Of a stretch of 63,784 nucleotides of DNA, positions 63,715-63,784 are shown piece after piece. The translations under genes were made by a program, and so were the position numbers. The stretch is taken from the NCBI RefSeq assembly GCF_000002075.1, contig NW_004797283.1, positions 1,232,551 through 1,296,334 on the forward strand. The letters are read 5' to 3'. The notes beneath the pieces were generated by a model. That model was not told where the DNA came from and did no database searches. It saw only the letters and a list, made by a program, of their open reading frames with translations. Positions within the stretch are counted from its first letter, which is position 1. Each line of letters opens with the position of its first letter. Source of the stretch: Aplysia californica. Lineage: Eukaryota.

Positions 63715-63784
63715 GTGGGCAGATTGGAGATTTTATGGTCATGGTCATATATATATGACTCATCGTTTTCCTGTTGGGGGGGGG

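Noticed and set aside
1-63784. CRISPR array, rRNA or prokaryote-style operon
   Set aside because: No regular repeat-spacer structure or rRNA motifs were seen; all genes are spliced eukaryotic genes.

Overview
AT-rich, intron-rich animal genomic DNA. The repeat content suggests a lophotrochozoan, plausibly a gastropod, but the species cannot be fixed from sequence alone. Three multi-exon genes can be spliced by hand with frame-consistent GT-AG junctions. (1) ANKAR on the minus strand: 17 coding exons from ATG 21790 down to 249, about 1002 codons, continuing off the left edge. (2) MAEA, a CTLH/GID E3 ligase subunit, on the minus strand: 9 coding exons 46608->38170, 392 aa, complete. (3) PUS1 tRNA pseudouridine synthase on the plus strand: 11 exons 54058->63714, continuing off the right edge, head-to-head with MAEA. 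The rest is transposon-rich: an internally deleted DIRS1-like tyrosine-recombinase retrotransposon, 5'-truncated I-group/Nimb-like LINE ends with SINEs sharing their 3' tail, and MITEs with TIRs/TSDs of TA, TTAA, 6-bp and 8-bp types. There are also microsatellites, tandem duplications and seven N-runs. The most notable signals are a U12-type intron in MAEA, a frame-preserving candidate cassette exon in ANKAR, and inverted repeat copies abutting three ANKAR exons (possible 435-nt stop-free circRNA). Also notable are a duplicated decoy splice acceptor in ANKAR, dual start codons plus an NLS exon in PUS1, and an 8-bp-TSD MITE carrying telomeric TTAGGG repeats. I found no clearly novel multi-gene system. 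No database searches were run; family names come from recognised motifs.
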